From: Thermodesulfobacteriota bacterium | Lineage (GTDB): Bacteria; Desulfobacterota; WTBG01; JAGOGO01 | Direction of reading: 5' to 3' | DNA length: 32,000 nucleotides | Assembly: GCA_026625185.1 (NCBI GenBank) | Contig: CP113000.1 | Coordinates: forward strand, 2,025,622 to 2,057,621 | Shown here: piece by piece, positions 1 through 9,805 of the stretch | Layout of the letters: the number at the start of each line of letters is the position of its first letter | Numbering within the stretch: position 1 is the stretch's first letter | Position numbers and translations under genes: made by a program | The notes under the pieces: model-generated | What the model was told of the DNA's origin: nothing | Databases searched by the model: none | The model's input: the letters and a program-made list of their open reading frames with translations, nothing else

Positions 1-461
1 CGAGCATTTACTATCCTACTCCGGGTACTCCTCTTTTTGAGGTCTGTAAAAAAGAAGGCTTGCTTCCGCCGCATCCCCTTCAGTGGCGTTCCAGCGCTTT
101 TCCCCTTGAGACAAAAGATTTCACCCGCCTTGATCTGGTAACCCTTTTCCGCCTCACCCGGGTGATTAATTTTATTAAAGGAAAGATGGCTGAGAAAGAA
201 ATTGATGACGGAATGACAATGAAGGAGGTAGGACAATTTCTTGAAGATAGAAAAAAACTTAAACTTGTTTCAGGTGATAATTATAATCAGCCCTCCTGGA
301 TGGATTTACTCCGGTTGCTTTTTAAGGAACAGTCTTTTTTTAGCCTGAAAAAGGTGTCAAAAGGAAATTTTCTCGTGAATAATGAAGAAACCTCAAAAAA
401 AGTCTTGGATTGTTTTTTTGAGAAAGGGGGAAAAAGCCCAATTCTCAAGAATACGGTATAA
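1..461 (+). CDS. 3' end of a CDS entering from upstream of the window; probable radical SAM (B12-binding class) enzyme, C-terminal region
   Basis: The frame of ORF 60..461 is open back to base 3 (SIYYPTPGTPLFEVCKKEGLLPPHP...), so the tracked ORF is only a tail. The YPxPGTPLFE motif is typical of the C-terminal part of radical SAM barrels. Stop TAA at 459..461. Family assignment is from motif memory only. Confidence 0.4.
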   Translation, partial: SIYYPTPGTPLFEVCKKEGLLPPHPLQWRSSAFPLETKDFTRLDLVTLFRLTRVINFIKGKMAEKEIDDGMTMKEVGQFLEDRKKLKLVSGDNYNQPSWMDLLRLLFKEQSFFSLKKVSKGNFLVNNEETSKKVLDCFFEKGGKSPILKNTV

Positions 462-482
462 TAAAATCCTTGGTGTGAGAGG

Positions 483-510
483 GTAGGGGCACGTTGCAAC
501 GTGCCCCTAC
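483..510. terminator. 28-nt perfect palindrome GTAGGGGCACGTTGCAACGTGCCCCTAC between convergent genes; likely bidirectional hairpin terminator and repeat family member
   Basis: The sequence equals its own reverse complement. It sits between the stop of the + strand CDS (461) and the stop of glyQ (517). An identical copy lies at 23500..23527. Confidence 0.6.
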
Positions 511-516
511 AAATTT

Positions 517-1389
517 TTAACCTTTTTTCAGAAGAGGATACCCCATCTCCTCACGCTGCTTCACGTATCCTTCGGCGCAAACACGAGCCAGGTTGCGGAC
601 CCGGCCGATGTAGCCGACCCGCTCAGTGACGCTGATGGCTTTGCGCGCATCGAGTAGATTAAAGGTATGAGAGCACTTCAGACAATAATCATAGGCCGGA
701 AGGATAAGACCCCTTTTGCTCATGCGGAGCGATTCCTGCTCGTACATGTCAAATAATTTAAAAAGCATGTCAATATCCGCTTCTTCGAAGTTGTAGCAGG
801 AAAATTCTACCTCACTTTGGTGGTGGATGTCACGGTAACGAATTTCTTTGACCCAATCAATGTCATAAACATTGTCTTTCCCCTGAAGGTACATGGCAAT
901 CCGCTCCAGACCATAGGTAATCTCAACCGAAATGGGTTTCAGGTCAATCCCGCCAGCCTGCTGGAAGTACGTGAACTGAGTTATCTCCATGCCGTCGAGC
1001 CAGACCTCCCAGCCCAAACCCCAGGCGCCCAGGGTTGGAGACTCCCAGTCATCCTCCACAAACCGGATATCATGATCCTGCGAGTTGATTCCTAACGTCG
1101 CCAGACTTTTTAAATAAATATCCTGGATATCACGCGGAGATGGTTTCATGATGACCTGAAACTGATAGTAATGCTGGAGCCGATTCGGGTTATCACCGTA
1201 GCGCCCATCATTAGGGCGACGGGATGGCTCAACGTAAGCTACATTCCAAGGCTCCGGTCCAAGGACTCGGAGGAAGGTCGCCGGGTTAAAGGTGCCCGCG
1301 CCCACTTCGATATCATAAGGCTGCTGAAGCACACAGTGTTGTTTTGCCCAAAAATTTTGCAGCGCCAAGATCAGTTCTTGAAAATTCAT
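517..1389 (-). CDS. glyQ: glycine--tRNA ligase alpha subunit
   Basis: The 290-aa product starts [48 protein letters not shown]...[23 protein letters not shown], which is the highly conserved GlyQ sequence. Confidence 0.97.
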   Translation of the reverse strand: MNFQELILALQNFWAKQHCVLQQPYDIEVGAGTFNPATFLRVLGPEPWNVAYVEPSRRPNDGRYGDNPNRLQHYYQFQVIMKPSPRDIQDIYLKSLATLGINSQDHDIRFVEDDWESPTLGAWGLGWEVWLDGMEITQFTYFQQAGGIDLKPISVEITYGLERIAMYLQGKDNVYDIDWVKEIRYRDIHHQSEVEFSCYNFEEADIDMLFKLFDMYEQESLRMSKRGLILPAYDYCLKCSHTFNLLDARKAISVTERVGYIGRVRNLARVCAEGYVKQREEMGYPLLKKG

Positions 1390-1450
1390 TGATCGCTCCT
1401 TCCGATTTTTCTGATTTCTGTCTCCTGTCTCCTGACTTCTGTATCCTGTA

Positions 1451-2206
1451 TTATCCTCTTATTTTCTCCAAAAACTTTAAGCTTTTTAGTTCTTTTCCCA
1501 AATGGTATTGCACAAAGTGTGGCATAATCTCACGGCTTTCTTCCAAAGCCTGGGAAGAAAAGTTCAGCCGCTCAATTTTATCAAGGGTTAAATTTCCTGC
1601 CTGTTCTAATAATTTTAATGTTCCTAAAGAAACAGGATGTAAATTATTTTTATTTAAAGCACATGAGGGACACACGACTCCTCCGCGGGGAATATTAAAC
1701 CAGAAACGCGGTCCTTTTTCCAGCTTTTGTTTGCAGTCAAGGCAATGGGTGAGGGTAGGACGAAAACCCGATGCCACCAGGAAGCGCATTTCGAAAATTC
1801 GGAGATAATCTTCCTTAAACGGCGAAGAATCAATCAGGGAGAGAAGTTTGATTAATGTGTGGAACAGTTCCCGGTGGGCAACCCGTTCCGCGGTCATCTC
1901 ATTTATGAGCTCCGCCATATAGCTTCCATAGCTCATGCTCGTAATATCTTTATGAAGGGAGGGGAACGATTGTTTTAAATGGCAATGATTAATCCTTACC
2001 AAGGAAAGTGTTTCTTTGGTAAAGAAGGAAATATCCACGTGGGAAAAAAGATCTAAGGCGGCCCCGAATCGTTTCAGGCTCTTTTTGGCTCCCTTGGCGA
2101 TTCCGGAAACTTTTCCAAAGTCACTGGTATAAAAGGTTACAATGCGGTCAATATCACCGTAATCACGGATGGTAAGTATTACGGCTGTAGTGCGGTATTC
2201 AGGCAT
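1451..2206 (-). CDS. recO: DNA repair protein RecO
   Basis: 251 aa. N-terminal OB-fold-like region ([37 protein letters not shown]), then a Cys4 zinc motif (CLDC...CPSC). Length and context match RecO. Confidence 0.88.
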   Translation of the reverse strand: MPEYRTTAVILTIRDYGDIDRIVTFYTSDFGKVSGIAKGAKKSLKRFGAALDLFSHVDISFFTKETLSLVRINHCHLKQSFPSLHKDITSMSYGSYMAELINEMTAERVAHRELFHTLIKLLSLIDSSPFKEDYLRIFEMRFLVASGFRPTLTHCLDCKQKLEKGPRFWFNIPRGGVVCPSCALNKNNLHPVSLGTLKLLEQAGNLTLDKIERLNFSSQALEESREIMPHFVQYHLGKELKSLKFLEKIRG

Positions 2207-2218
2207 GGGCGGATAAAT

Positions 2219-2710
2219 TTAAGTATTTTCCTGGCGAAGCTTTTTTAATTTCCCGCTTATTAGCTGGCGGTGGGCTTTGGAGATGCGGTCAATGATGAGG
2301 GTGCCTTCTAAATGATCAATTTCGTGTTGTAACACCCTGGCCATAAGATCGCGGGCTTCGATCGTTATCTCTTTGCCGTTCCGGTTAATTCCTTTTACAA
2401 CCACTGCGTCAGGTCGTTTAATCTCAAGCGTTATATCCGGCAAACTCAGGCAGCCTTCTTTAAAGGGCGCTAAGCCTTCAGAACTAATGATGGTGGGGTT
2501 AAAGAGCTCTATGAGACCTTCTCCAACATCCATGACAATGAGGCAGCACGGTTCTCCCACCTGAGGAGCTGCTAAGCCGATCCCACGGGAGAGGTACATG
2601 GTTTCAGCCATTTGTTTTGCCAGTGTAATAATCTTTCCGTTGATATCTTTTACAACCTTTGATTTGTTCCGAAGTACCTCATCAGGATACGTTCTGATCT
2701 GGAGGGTCAT
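2219..2710 (-). CDS. def: peptide deformylase
   Basis: Carries the three Def motifs GIGLAAPQVG, EGCLSLP and QHEIDHLEG. I prefer the ATG at 2710 (MTLQIRTYPDEVLR), which follows AAGGAA. The tracked GTG start at 2734 would overlap map. Confidence 0.95.
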   Translation of the reverse strand: MTLQIRTYPDEVLRNKSKVVKDINGKIITLAKQMAETMYLSRGIGLAAPQVGEPCCLIVMDVGEGLIELFNPTIISSEGLAPFKEGCLSLPDITLEIKRPDAVVVKGINRNGKEITIEARDLMARVLQHEIDHLEGTLIIDRISKAHRQLISGKLKKLRQENT

Positions 2711-2723
2711 GAGTATTTCCTTT

Positions 2724-3470
2724 TTAAAGTTCACTTAAAATAAGTGGACCATTATTGGTGATGGCAACAGAGTGCTCAAAATGAGCTGAGCGGCTTCCAT
2801 CCGCAGTAACGGCGGTCCAGCCATCACGTAAAATTCTTACTGCATACGTTCCGACATTGACCATCGGCTCCAAAGCTAAAACCATCCCTTCTCTTAAACG
2901 GGGGCCAAAACCAGGTTTTCCAAAATTAGGGATCTGAGGCTCCTCGTGAAGATTTTTTCCAATGCCGTGGCCGACAAAATCCCGCACCACGGAAAAATGA
3001 TGTTTTTCTACCCAGGTCTGGATGGCGTGGGAAATATCCGAGAGCCGGTTCCCCGCATGAGCCTTTTCAATTCCCTTGTAAAGCGCTTCCTCGGTTACCT
3101 GTAATAACTTTTGCGATTCCGGGTCTATTTTTCCCACCGGCACGGTAATCGCCGCGTCTCCATAAAGTCCATCCAATTTTACCCCAATGTCCAGACTCAC
3201 AATATCCCCGTTTTTTAATTTTCTTTCCCCCGGAATTCCATGGACAATCTCCTCGTTTACTGAAATGCAGAGGGAAGCCGGGTAATTTCGGTAGCCTTTG
3301 AATGCGGGAATACAATGGTTTTTATTTATTAACCGATCCGCCAATTGATCTAATTCGAGAGTAGTAATCCCTGGCTGGCAATTTTTTTTAAGCTCCTTTA
3401 AAACAAGCGCCACTACCTGGTTACTTTTTCTCAAAATCTCAATTTCTTTTGGCGATTTACAAAAAATCAT
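2724..3470 (-). CDS. map: type I methionine aminopeptidase
   Basis: 248 aa with the MAP signature regions (VHGIPG, DIGV..DGLYGDAA, FVGHGIGKNLHEEPQIPNFG, LEPMV, HFEHSV). A strong RBS AAGGAGG lies upstream of the ATG. Confidence 0.95.
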   Translation of the reverse strand: MIFCKSPKEIEILRKSNQVVALVLKELKKNCQPGITTLELDQLADRLINKNHCIPAFKGYRNYPASLCISVNEEIVHGIPGERKLKNGDIVSLDIGVKLDGLYGDAAITVPVGKIDPESQKLLQVTEEALYKGIEKAHAGNRLSDISHAIQTWVEKHHFSVVRDFVGHGIGKNLHEEPQIPNFGKPGFGPRLREGMVLALEPMVNVGTYAVRILRDGWTAVTADGSRSAHFEHSVAITNNGPLILSEL

Positions 3471-3773
3471 TCACAGATGCCTCCTTTTTTAAATCAATTT
3501 ACTAAAATTATTATAGATTGTCAAAGGTTATCATAACACGTCGCCTTCATTTGCATATCTTTGTTGTCTTCTCGTCGCTGTATAAGGGATTAGAGGGTTT
3601 GAGAATTGATGAAATAAGGAGTGATGTGGCTTTGTAATGGACTTTTAATTGACTTTAAGAGGATTTATAACCACTGGCTGGATAAATATTTTTCAAACCG
3701 CATGCGAATCCAAAACCCCCGAAAACCGGCATTTTTACGCAGATAGTTTGAAAAAATTTCTAACGTGAAAATT

Positions 3774-3820
3774 GAGGGGCGCGTAGACAGCAAGCGAAGC
3801 TTGATGGTGTAGCGTCCCTC
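3774..3820 (-). terminator. nested hairpin downstream of the lipoprotein gene
   Basis: On the minus strand, GAGGGACGC...GCGCCCCTC encloses an inner CAAGC-TTC-GCTTG hairpin and is followed by an A/T-rich tract. It lies 23 nt after the stop at 3843. The long loop makes this a weak call. Confidence 0.3.
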
Positions 3821-3842
3821 TCAAATGCCTTGTTGGGCAATG

Positions 3843-4400
3843 TCAGCAATTGAATGGACTGATGCCCAACCATTGTTTTTGCTCAAACCGCAATACTGGA
3901 AATGTCATTTCTTCGCCATCGATTACGACAGCCGGGATTAGCAATTCAAAACTATTTGGTAGCGGACGGTGTGAGTTAATTTGCACGTGGAATCGAGCCA
4001 GCCCTGGCCTCTCAGGCGGCGCCAAATAGGGTTCGGCAGTCAGACTGACTATGCCATCTGCTTTATAAGCCATGACGGATGAGGCACTAAGGATCGTATT
4101 TCCTTCAAGATCACGTATTCGGAAATCGGTCGATGTGAAATGCATCTCGCGCCAAGCCTTGCCAGAAAAAAACAGGGCTATCTGGTTAACGTACTTACCA
4201 TTGTCTGCCCATGCCCTGACGTGTAGGCGACCATTGGCATTAGGTAGATTGAACTCGACGATTGACTCTGTCGGAACGCAGTGAGGTTTAAGAACCTTTC
4301 CTCCGTCGACTACCGGGCGATAGTATGTGAAGGCGTTTGGTGCGCAACCCTCAAGGAGAAGTGCAAAAAGCGTTAACAAACAAGCTGTGTAAAATCTCAT
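3843..4400 (-). CDS. hypothetical lipoprotein
   Basis: From the ATG at 4400 the product begins MRFYTACLLTLFALLLEGC|AP, a signal peptide plus lipobox-like Cys. I recognise no family. The tracked start at 4415 is a TTG lying inside an inverted repeat. The gene looks more GC-rich than its neighbours by eye. Confidence 0.6.
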   Translation of the reverse strand: MRFYTACLLTLFALLLEGCAPNAFTYYRPVVDGGKVLKPHCVPTESIVEFNLPNANGRLHVRAWADNGKYVNQIALFFSGKAWREMHFTSTDFRIRDLEGNTILSASSVMAYKADGIVSLTAEPYLAPPERPGLARFHVQINSHRPLPNSFELLIPAVVIDGEEMTFPVLRFEQKQWLGISPFNC

Positions 4401-4418
4401 TCTTATGCCCAACAATGA

Positions 4419-4435
4419 TTATACAGTCTGTATAA
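4419..4435. promoter_or_regulatory. palindromic operator-like site TTATACAG-T-CTGTATAA
   Basis: Perfect 17-bp palindrome immediately upstream of the lipoprotein gene start. Related sites are ACAGACTGT at 4446..4454 and CTGTATAAG at 4461..4469. Confidence 0.4.
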
Positions 4436-4553
4436 TACTGCAAACACAGACTGTTACCTTCTGTATAAGACGTTTACGTATCTTATTAATAAATTATAAA
4501 TTTCAAAATAATATCATATTGTTAAATGATTTTTTTGTTTTGACAGATTTGGT

Positions 4554-4572
4554 CTTATACAGACTGTATAAG
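4554..4572. promoter_or_regulatory. second palindromic site CTTATACAG-A-CTGTATAAG
   Basis: Perfect 19-bp palindrome with the same core as 4419..4435, separated from it by a very AT-rich spacer. Confidence 0.4.
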
Positions 4573-5051
4573 TCAGTTCAAGACCCATCAACTGAGCCCT
4601 GCATTTCTTTGCCTCAGCCAAAAAAGAAAAAAGAACCTTTGCTTATTTATTTAGCAAATAGGCCTTGTTTTTTTGTGGAAAGTATTGATCCTCAATCCCA
4701 CCCTCTAACCTCTTTAATGAAATTCTAAGTAAAACACCCGGCTTTTTCCGGTAGACAGGCTGGTATCTTCTGCAGGAGTATCGCCTTGAACGTCTCCACC
4801 CTTCCTTTTTTCCCCCGCTTCTCATTCAGCTATTTTTTCCCAATGAATTAATGGTGTTTGTAGGAGATAATTTTTCTCTTTTATATCACAAAACAAAGAA
4901 ATAAGAAAATGAGGATAGTTAAAAATTTTTGACATGATTTCTATTGGTTAAAAAAACAGGAAAATTTTTCAATTTACGTGCGAAATTACAGGTCTCGATT
5001 TGCTTTTGAATTCAACGTGGTAGCAAGGGTCGAAAAAATAGATTTTTATCC

Positions 5052-5080
5052 TTGACACCCAATATATTGTGGTATATAAA
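5052..5080 (+). promoter_or_regulatory. sigma70-type promoter for mutS
   Basis: TTGACA (5052..5057), a 17-nt spacer, then TATAAA (5075..5080), about 60 nt upstream of the mutS ATG. Confidence 0.5.
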
Positions 5081-5141
5081 AAAATAAATACTAAATATAG
5101 AGATAATTCGCGAAAAATCCAAGTTTATCAAAGGGCTAAAT

Positions 5142-7853
5142 ATGACCCCCATGCTCAAACAGTACCTGTCGGTAAAAGAAAAATATCCAGATGCTATCCT
5201 TTTTTTCCGCCTCGGGGATTTCTATGAGATGTTTTTCGAAGATGCCAAAAGGGCGTCGGTTATTTTGGATATTACGCTCACGTCCCGGGAAAGTGGAAAA
5301 GGAAACCGTATTCCCATGTGCGGAATACCTTTTCATGCTGCTCAGGGGTACATTAACCGGCTTATTCGTGAAGGGCTCAGGGTTGCCATCTGCGAGCAGG
5401 TCGAAGATCCCAAGCTCTGCAAGGATATTGTGAAAAGGGAAGTGATTCGGGTTATTACACCCGGGACCAACATTGAGGATGAAGCTGCTGACGTACAAGG
5501 AGAAAATTTTATTGCCGCGGTTTACCCGCAACCTGGTTTGATCGGGCTGGCGTATCTCAATTTGGGGACGGGTTATTTTCGGATTACCGAAATAAGTAAA
5601 CCCGAGGATTTAATGGGAGAGTTCGCCCGGATAAAACCCCGCGAATGTGTTGTATCCGAAGGCCTGGACAAAAATTCAGCGCTCTTTCGTTTCCTAAACA
5701 AAGAACAAAAGGTAATGCTTAACTCTTTTGAAGAATGGGTGTTTGAAGGTGATCATGCTTCGCGGCTCTTGAAGGAACAGTTCAACCTGGTCTCTTTGGA
5801 AGGTTTGGGGTTGGAAGGGTATTCTGCGGGTATCTCGGCGGCCGGAGCAATTATCTATTTTCTTAAAGACAACCTCCACAGCTCTCTCAAACATCTCAAA
5901 CGGCCCCGCCCGTATTCTTCCAGTGAATTTATGATCCTGGACCGCAAGACTCAGAAAAATTTGGAAATTGTTGAGTCGATTTCAGGGCAGCGGGGTGAGG
6001 CAACTCTTTTTAAGGTTCTAAATAAAACCGTCACTCCGTTAGGCGCCCGTTTATTGAGACGCTGGATAAGCAAACCTCTGATTGTTCCTTCGCTCATCAA
6101 TTACCGCCTGGAGGCAGGAGAGGAGATGTTACGCTTTCGCCACTCGCTTTCAGATTTACGGGAAGCAATGAAAGAGGTCGGTGACCTGGAGCGGATTTTA
6201 GGACGCTTAAGCTGTGGAGTAGGGTCAGCCCGAGACGTGGTCGCGTTGAGAGAAACTCTGGAGAAGGTGCCCGGTTTAAAGAGCCGGTTGTCGAATTTTA
6301 CCAGTCCCCTGATTAATGAGCAGAAGGAGCATCTCCATGAGCTGAATACGCCGGTTGATCTGGTCAAGCGTGCGATTGTTGATTGTCCGCCGTTGAGCAC
6401 CAAAGAAGGAGGGATGATCAGGTCAGGATATAATCAGGAGCTTGATGAGCTTTACCGGATCTCCCGCCACGGGAAGAACTTCCTTGCTGAGCTTCAGCAG
6501 CGAGAGGTTGCCCGGACGGGGATTAAATCACTGAAAGTCCGCTATAACAAAGTCTTCGGCTATTATATTGAAATAACCAAAGCTAATCTCAATCAGGTTC
6601 CTGATTATTATATCCGGCGTCAGACATTGGTAAATGCGGAGCGTTTTATTATTCCCGAATTAAAGGAATATGAAGAAAAAATTCTCGGCGCCGAAGAACG
6701 GGCTTTTCAGATAGAATTGGAAATTTTTGACGCCATAAAAAATCAGATCCTGAATTATACCGTTGAGATTCAGGAAATTGCGGAAGCCGTGGCTACGATC
6801 GATGTGCTCTCTGCCTTTGCTTTCCTCGCCTCACACCATAATTATGTCCGGCCGGTTATTGACAGTGGGGCTGAGATCTGCATCACCAATGGCCGACATC
6901 CGGTGGTGGAAAGAGTGCTGGAAGAAGGCGCGTTTGTTGAAAATGATACCTATGTAAACCAGGACGATCATCAACTCCTTATCATTACCGGCCCCAATAT
7001 GGCGGGAAAATCGACCTATCTCCGGCAGGTGGCTCTGATTGTGCTGATGGCGCAGATCGGAAGTTTTGTTCCGGCTACATCCGCCCGTATCGGTGTGGTT
7101 GATAAAATCTTTACGCGCATCGGGGCCTCGGACAACCTGGCGCGCGGAGAAAGCACCTTTATGGTGGAGATGATTGAAACCGCCCATATCCTTAATAACG
7201 CCACGGAGCGAAGCCTGGTGATCCTTGATGAAATTGGCCGGGGGACCTCCACCTATGACGGCGTAAGCATCGCCTGGGCAGTGTGCGAGTATCTTGGTAG
7301 ACTAACCGGCCCTCGGCCGAAGACTCTCTTTGCCACTCATTATCACGAACTGACTGCTCTTGAAGACACGATCCCGGGGGTTAAAAATTATAATGTCATG
7401 GTAAAAGAGTACACGGATGAGATTGTGTTCATCCGCAAAATTGCTCCCGGGGGAGCTGACCGGAGTTATGGTATCCATGTCGGCAAGCTGGCGGGACTTC
7501 CGGAGGAGGTAATTTTATCCGCCCAGAAAATTCTCACAGGGTTAGAGAATGGAAATGACTGCGCGGGGGAAGAGGTAAAACGGAGAAAGGTGAAGTTCTC
7601 GGTGGTTCCTTCTCCTGAAAACATGAAGCAGAAGCAACCTCAAGATATTTATGAATTGCCTCTTTTTGGTTCTTTGCGACCCGAACATCCGTTGCTTCAA
7701 GAGATCAAAGACCTTGATATTCAAAATCTGACACCGTTGGAAGCGCTCAATCGCTTAAATCAGCTCAAAGAAAAAGCCAGAACGTCTGTTTCTTTCCCTC
7801 AGCCGATTTCGCTTCAGCAGTATAATAAGGGGAAACGACCATGGGAAAAATAA
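5142..7853 (+). CDS. mutS: DNA mismatch repair protein MutS
   Basis: 903 aa. N-terminus MTPMLKQYLSVKEKYPDAILFFRLGDFYEMFFEDA, Walker A TGPNMAGKSTYLRQ, and DEIGRGTSTYDG. The C-terminal tail contains a clamp-binding-like ELPLFG. Confidence 0.97.
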   Translation: MTPMLKQYLSVKEKYPDAILFFRLGDFYEMFFEDAKRASVILDITLTSRESGKGNRIPMCGIPFHAAQGYINRLIREGLRVAICEQVEDPKLCKDIVKREVIRVITPGTNIEDEAADVQGENFIAAVYPQPGLIGLAYLNLGTGYFRITEISKPEDLMGEFARIKPRECVVSEGLDKNSALFRFLNKEQKVMLNSFEEWVFEGDHASRLLKEQFNLVSLEGLGLEGYSAGISAAGAIIYFLKDNLHSSLKHLKRPRPYSSSEFMILDRKTQKNLEIVESISGQRGEATLFKVLNKTVTPLGARLLRRWISKPLIVPSLINYRLEAGEEMLRFRHSLSDLREAMKEVGDLERILGRLSCGVGSARDVVALRETLEKVPGLKSRLSNFTSPLINEQKEHLHELNTPVDLVKRAIVDCPPLSTKEGGMIRSGYNQELDELYRISRHGKNFLAELQQREVARTGIKSLKVRYNKVFGYYIEITKANLNQVPDYYIRRQTLVNAERFIIPELKEYEEKILGAEERAFQIELEIFDAIKNQILNYTVEIQEIAEAVATIDVLSAFAFLASHHNYVRPVIDSGAEICITNGRHPVVERVLEEGAFVENDTYVNQDDHQLLIITGPNMAGKSTYLRQVALIVLMAQIGSFVPATSARIGVVDKIFTRIGASDNLARGESTFMVEMIETAHILNNATERSLVILDEIGRGTSTYDGVSIAWAVCEYLGRLTGPRPKTLFATHYHELTALEDTIPGVKNYNVMVKEYTDEIVFIRKIAPGGADRSYGIHVGKLAGLPEEVILSAQKILTGLENGNDCAGEEVKRRKVKFSVVPSPENMKQKQPQDIYELPLFGSLRPEHPLLQEIKDLDIQNLTPLEALNRLNQLKEKARTSVSFPQPISLQQYNKGKRPWEK

Positions 7854-9640
7854 AAATTCTCCCGGAAATGCTTATTAATAAAATTGCTGCCGGCGAGGTG
7901 ATCGAGAAGCCGGCTTCCGTGGTAAAGGAGCTGGTTGAAAATAGTTTGGACGCCAATGCGAACACTATTTCCGTGACCGTTAAACACGGCGGCAAACAAC
8001 TTATCCGGGTTACCGACAACGGCGAAGGCATGGGCCCTGAGGATGCGATTTCTTCTTTGCAAAGGCATGCGACCAGTAAAATTGAAAATTTAGAGGACAT
8101 CTTTCGCATCCAAAGCTTTGGTTTTCGGGGAGAGGCGCTACCGAGTATTGCGGCGGTTTCGCGGCTTACGCTTTTAACCAGACCTTCGGAGGCGGAATCA
8201 GGCACGGAGATTCATGTAACCGGAGGCGAGATTGAATCAGTTCGAGAGGCAGGAACAGGGTCAGGCACGACAATCGAAGCGGCTGACCTTTTTTTTAATA
8301 TCCCCGCCCGGAAAAAATTTCTTCGCTCCGAACGATCAGAGTTTGTTGCCGTCCTTGATACGCTCACGGTTTTTGCCCTGGGGAACCCGGCGGTTGACTT
8401 CAGGCTTTATAAAGATAATAAGCTGGCAGCGGAGTTTCCTTCTTGTGTAAGCCTCCGGGAAAGGATCGCGCACATCCATGATGAAGATGTGTCGGGGGCC
8501 TTGATTCCTCTTCAGGCGAACACTCCCGAGATAAAGATTTCGGGTTTTATTACTGCTCCGGAAGTAAATCGAGTTAACCGAACCGGGCAGTATTTTTTTA
8601 TTAATTGTCGTCCCATCAAGAGCCCGGCGTTGAGTTTTTCTCTTCTCCACGGGTATGAGGAAATGCTCCCAAGAGGGCGCTATCCCTTAGCTTTCCTTTT
8701 TTTTAACATAGCATTGTCCCGCGTGGATGTGAATGTGCATCCCAATAAAAAGGAGGTGCGGATAGAAAATGAGCGGGAGGTCCAAACGCTTTTAATTGAG
8801 GCTGTCCAGCAAGCTCTTCACACAAAAAATAAATTTCCCACCGTTCAGGTAAGGGGAACTCGCAGACAGGCTGAAAATGGATCTTCTTGGGGGAGAGAAG
8901 GTAGTGCTCCTTATCCGGAATATACTGCTTCTCCCGCGCTTGGTCTCATTCGCGAAGCGCCAGCCGACTCTTTTTCGTTTGAGGGTGCCAACCAAGCCCC
9001 TGGTTTTCCGTTTTTAGGGTCTGACCAGGCACCAAAAGAAGAAAAGACTTTCGAAATGAAAAACCCAAAAATTCTGGGCCAATTCCAGGCAACTTATCTT
9101 GTCGCTGAATGTGAGGGGAAATTATTAGTCATTGACCAACACGCCGCCCATGAGCGGATAATGTATGAAAAAGTTATGGACGTTCTGATGAACTCCCATT
9201 CCCCCTCGCAACGTCACCTTATCCCCATTACTTTTGCGCTTGATTACCGTGAGCAGGAAGTGATGGAGGAATACCTTCCTTTGCTGGAGAAGATGGGATT
9301 CGGAATAAACAACCTTGGCCGCAATACCTTCAGTGTGGATGCTGCTCCTTCTTTTTTAGAGGGCGTTGAACCCAAACAGCTTCTGCTGGATTTCATCCAT
9401 GATGCGATGGAGAGACAAAATTCCGGGAAGGCTTTTGATGAGAAGATGAAGTCAGTGGCGGCAAACATTGCCTGCAAGAGCAAGTCGGTGAAAGGATCTG
9501 CCTATCTTCTTAAGGAAAAAGCGCAGCATCTGGTCGCCGCTCTTTTTCAAACCAAACAGCCCTTCACCTGTCCTCATGGTCGGCCTACCTGCATCACTCT
9601 TACCCATAATGATCTGGAAAAACAATTCGGGCGAAAATAA
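7841..9640 (+). CDS. mutL: DNA mismatch repair protein MutL
   Basis: 599 aa. GHKL ATPase N-terminus (IAAGEVIEKPASVVKELVENSLDA, DNGEGM, GFRGEAL) and a C-terminal endonuclease-type domain (DQHAAHERI...). The start overlaps the mutS end by 13 nt. Confidence 0.97.
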   Translation: MGKIKILPEMLINKIAAGEVIEKPASVVKELVENSLDANANTISVTVKHGGKQLIRVTDNGEGMGPEDAISSLQRHATSKIENLEDIFRIQSFGFRGEALPSIAAVSRLTLLTRPSEAESGTEIHVTGGEIESVREAGTGSGTTIEAADLFFNIPARKKFLRSERSEFVAVLDTLTVFALGNPAVDFRLYKDNKLAAEFPSCVSLRERIAHIHDEDVSGALIPLQANTPEIKISGFITAPEVNRVNRTGQYFFINCRPIKSPALSFSLLHGYEEMLPRGRYPLAFLFFNIALSRVDVNVHPNKKEVRIENEREVQTLLIEAVQQALHTKNKFPTVQVRGTRRQAENGSSWGREGSAPYPEYTASPALGLIREAPADSFSFEGANQAPGFPFLGSDQAPKEEKTFEMKNPKILGQFQATYLVAECEGKLLVIDQHAAHERIMYEKVMDVLMNSHSPSQRHLIPITFALDYREQEVMEEYLPLLEKMGFGINNLGRNTFSVDAAPSFLEGVEPKQLLLDFIHDAMERQNSGKAFDEKMKSVAANIACKSKSVKGSAYLLKEKAQHLVAALFQTKQPFTCPHGRPTCITLTHNDLEKQFGRK

Positions 9641-9717
9641 CTTTTATTACTTCCTCTCCCATCGGGTATAGGATTGAGGTGAGGGGGATTATGCCGTAAC
9701 ATTTGGGAATCTGTACT

Positions 9718-9805
9718 GTAGGGGCAGGCCACCGTGCCTGCCAAAAAACACAACACGCCCCCGCACCTGCCCTTATTCAGGGCAACCACAGGGGGTTGCC
9801 CCTAC
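9718..9805. repeat. cluster of GC-rich hairpin units related to the GTAGGGGC...GCCCCTAC family
   Basis: GTAGGGGCAGGC-CACCG-TGCCTGCC at 9718..9742 and CAGGGCAACC-ACAGG-GGGTTGCCCCTAC at 9778..9805. Both fold as hairpins and share the GTAGGGGC clamp with 483, 16342 and 23500. Confidence 0.6.

Noticed and set aside
3624-3746. 40-codon ORF after an AAGGAG at 3616..3621
   Set aside because: The RBS-to-ATG spacing is only 2 nt and the product has no recognisable features, so it cannot be supported from sequence alone.
4419-4572. TTATACAG-N-CTGTATAA palindromes as LexA/SOS boxes next to mutS
   Set aside because: The CTGT/ACAG halves are in the opposite arrangement and spacing to the E. coli-type CTGT-N8-ACAG box. 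They match no LexA motif I know, and they sit next to the lipoprotein gene rather than the mutS promoter.
4405-4728. 107-aa ORF downstream of the lipoprotein gene start
   Set aside because: It spans the palindromes and an extremely AT-rich spacer, and it has no RBS and implausible composition. It is most likely non-coding regulatory DNA.
5136-9789. Antisense and alternate-frame ORFs inside mutS/mutL (e.g. 5136..5531, 6101..6403, 6831..7187, 7765..8205, 8336..8650, 9574..9789)
   Set aside because: They lie fully within, or opposite to, strongly supported conserved genes or within GC-rich repeats. They have low-complexity or Arg/Ser-rich composition and no start context. The same reasoning applies to comparable shadow ORFs in glyQ, phoR, pstC/A, phoU, hypF and hypD.
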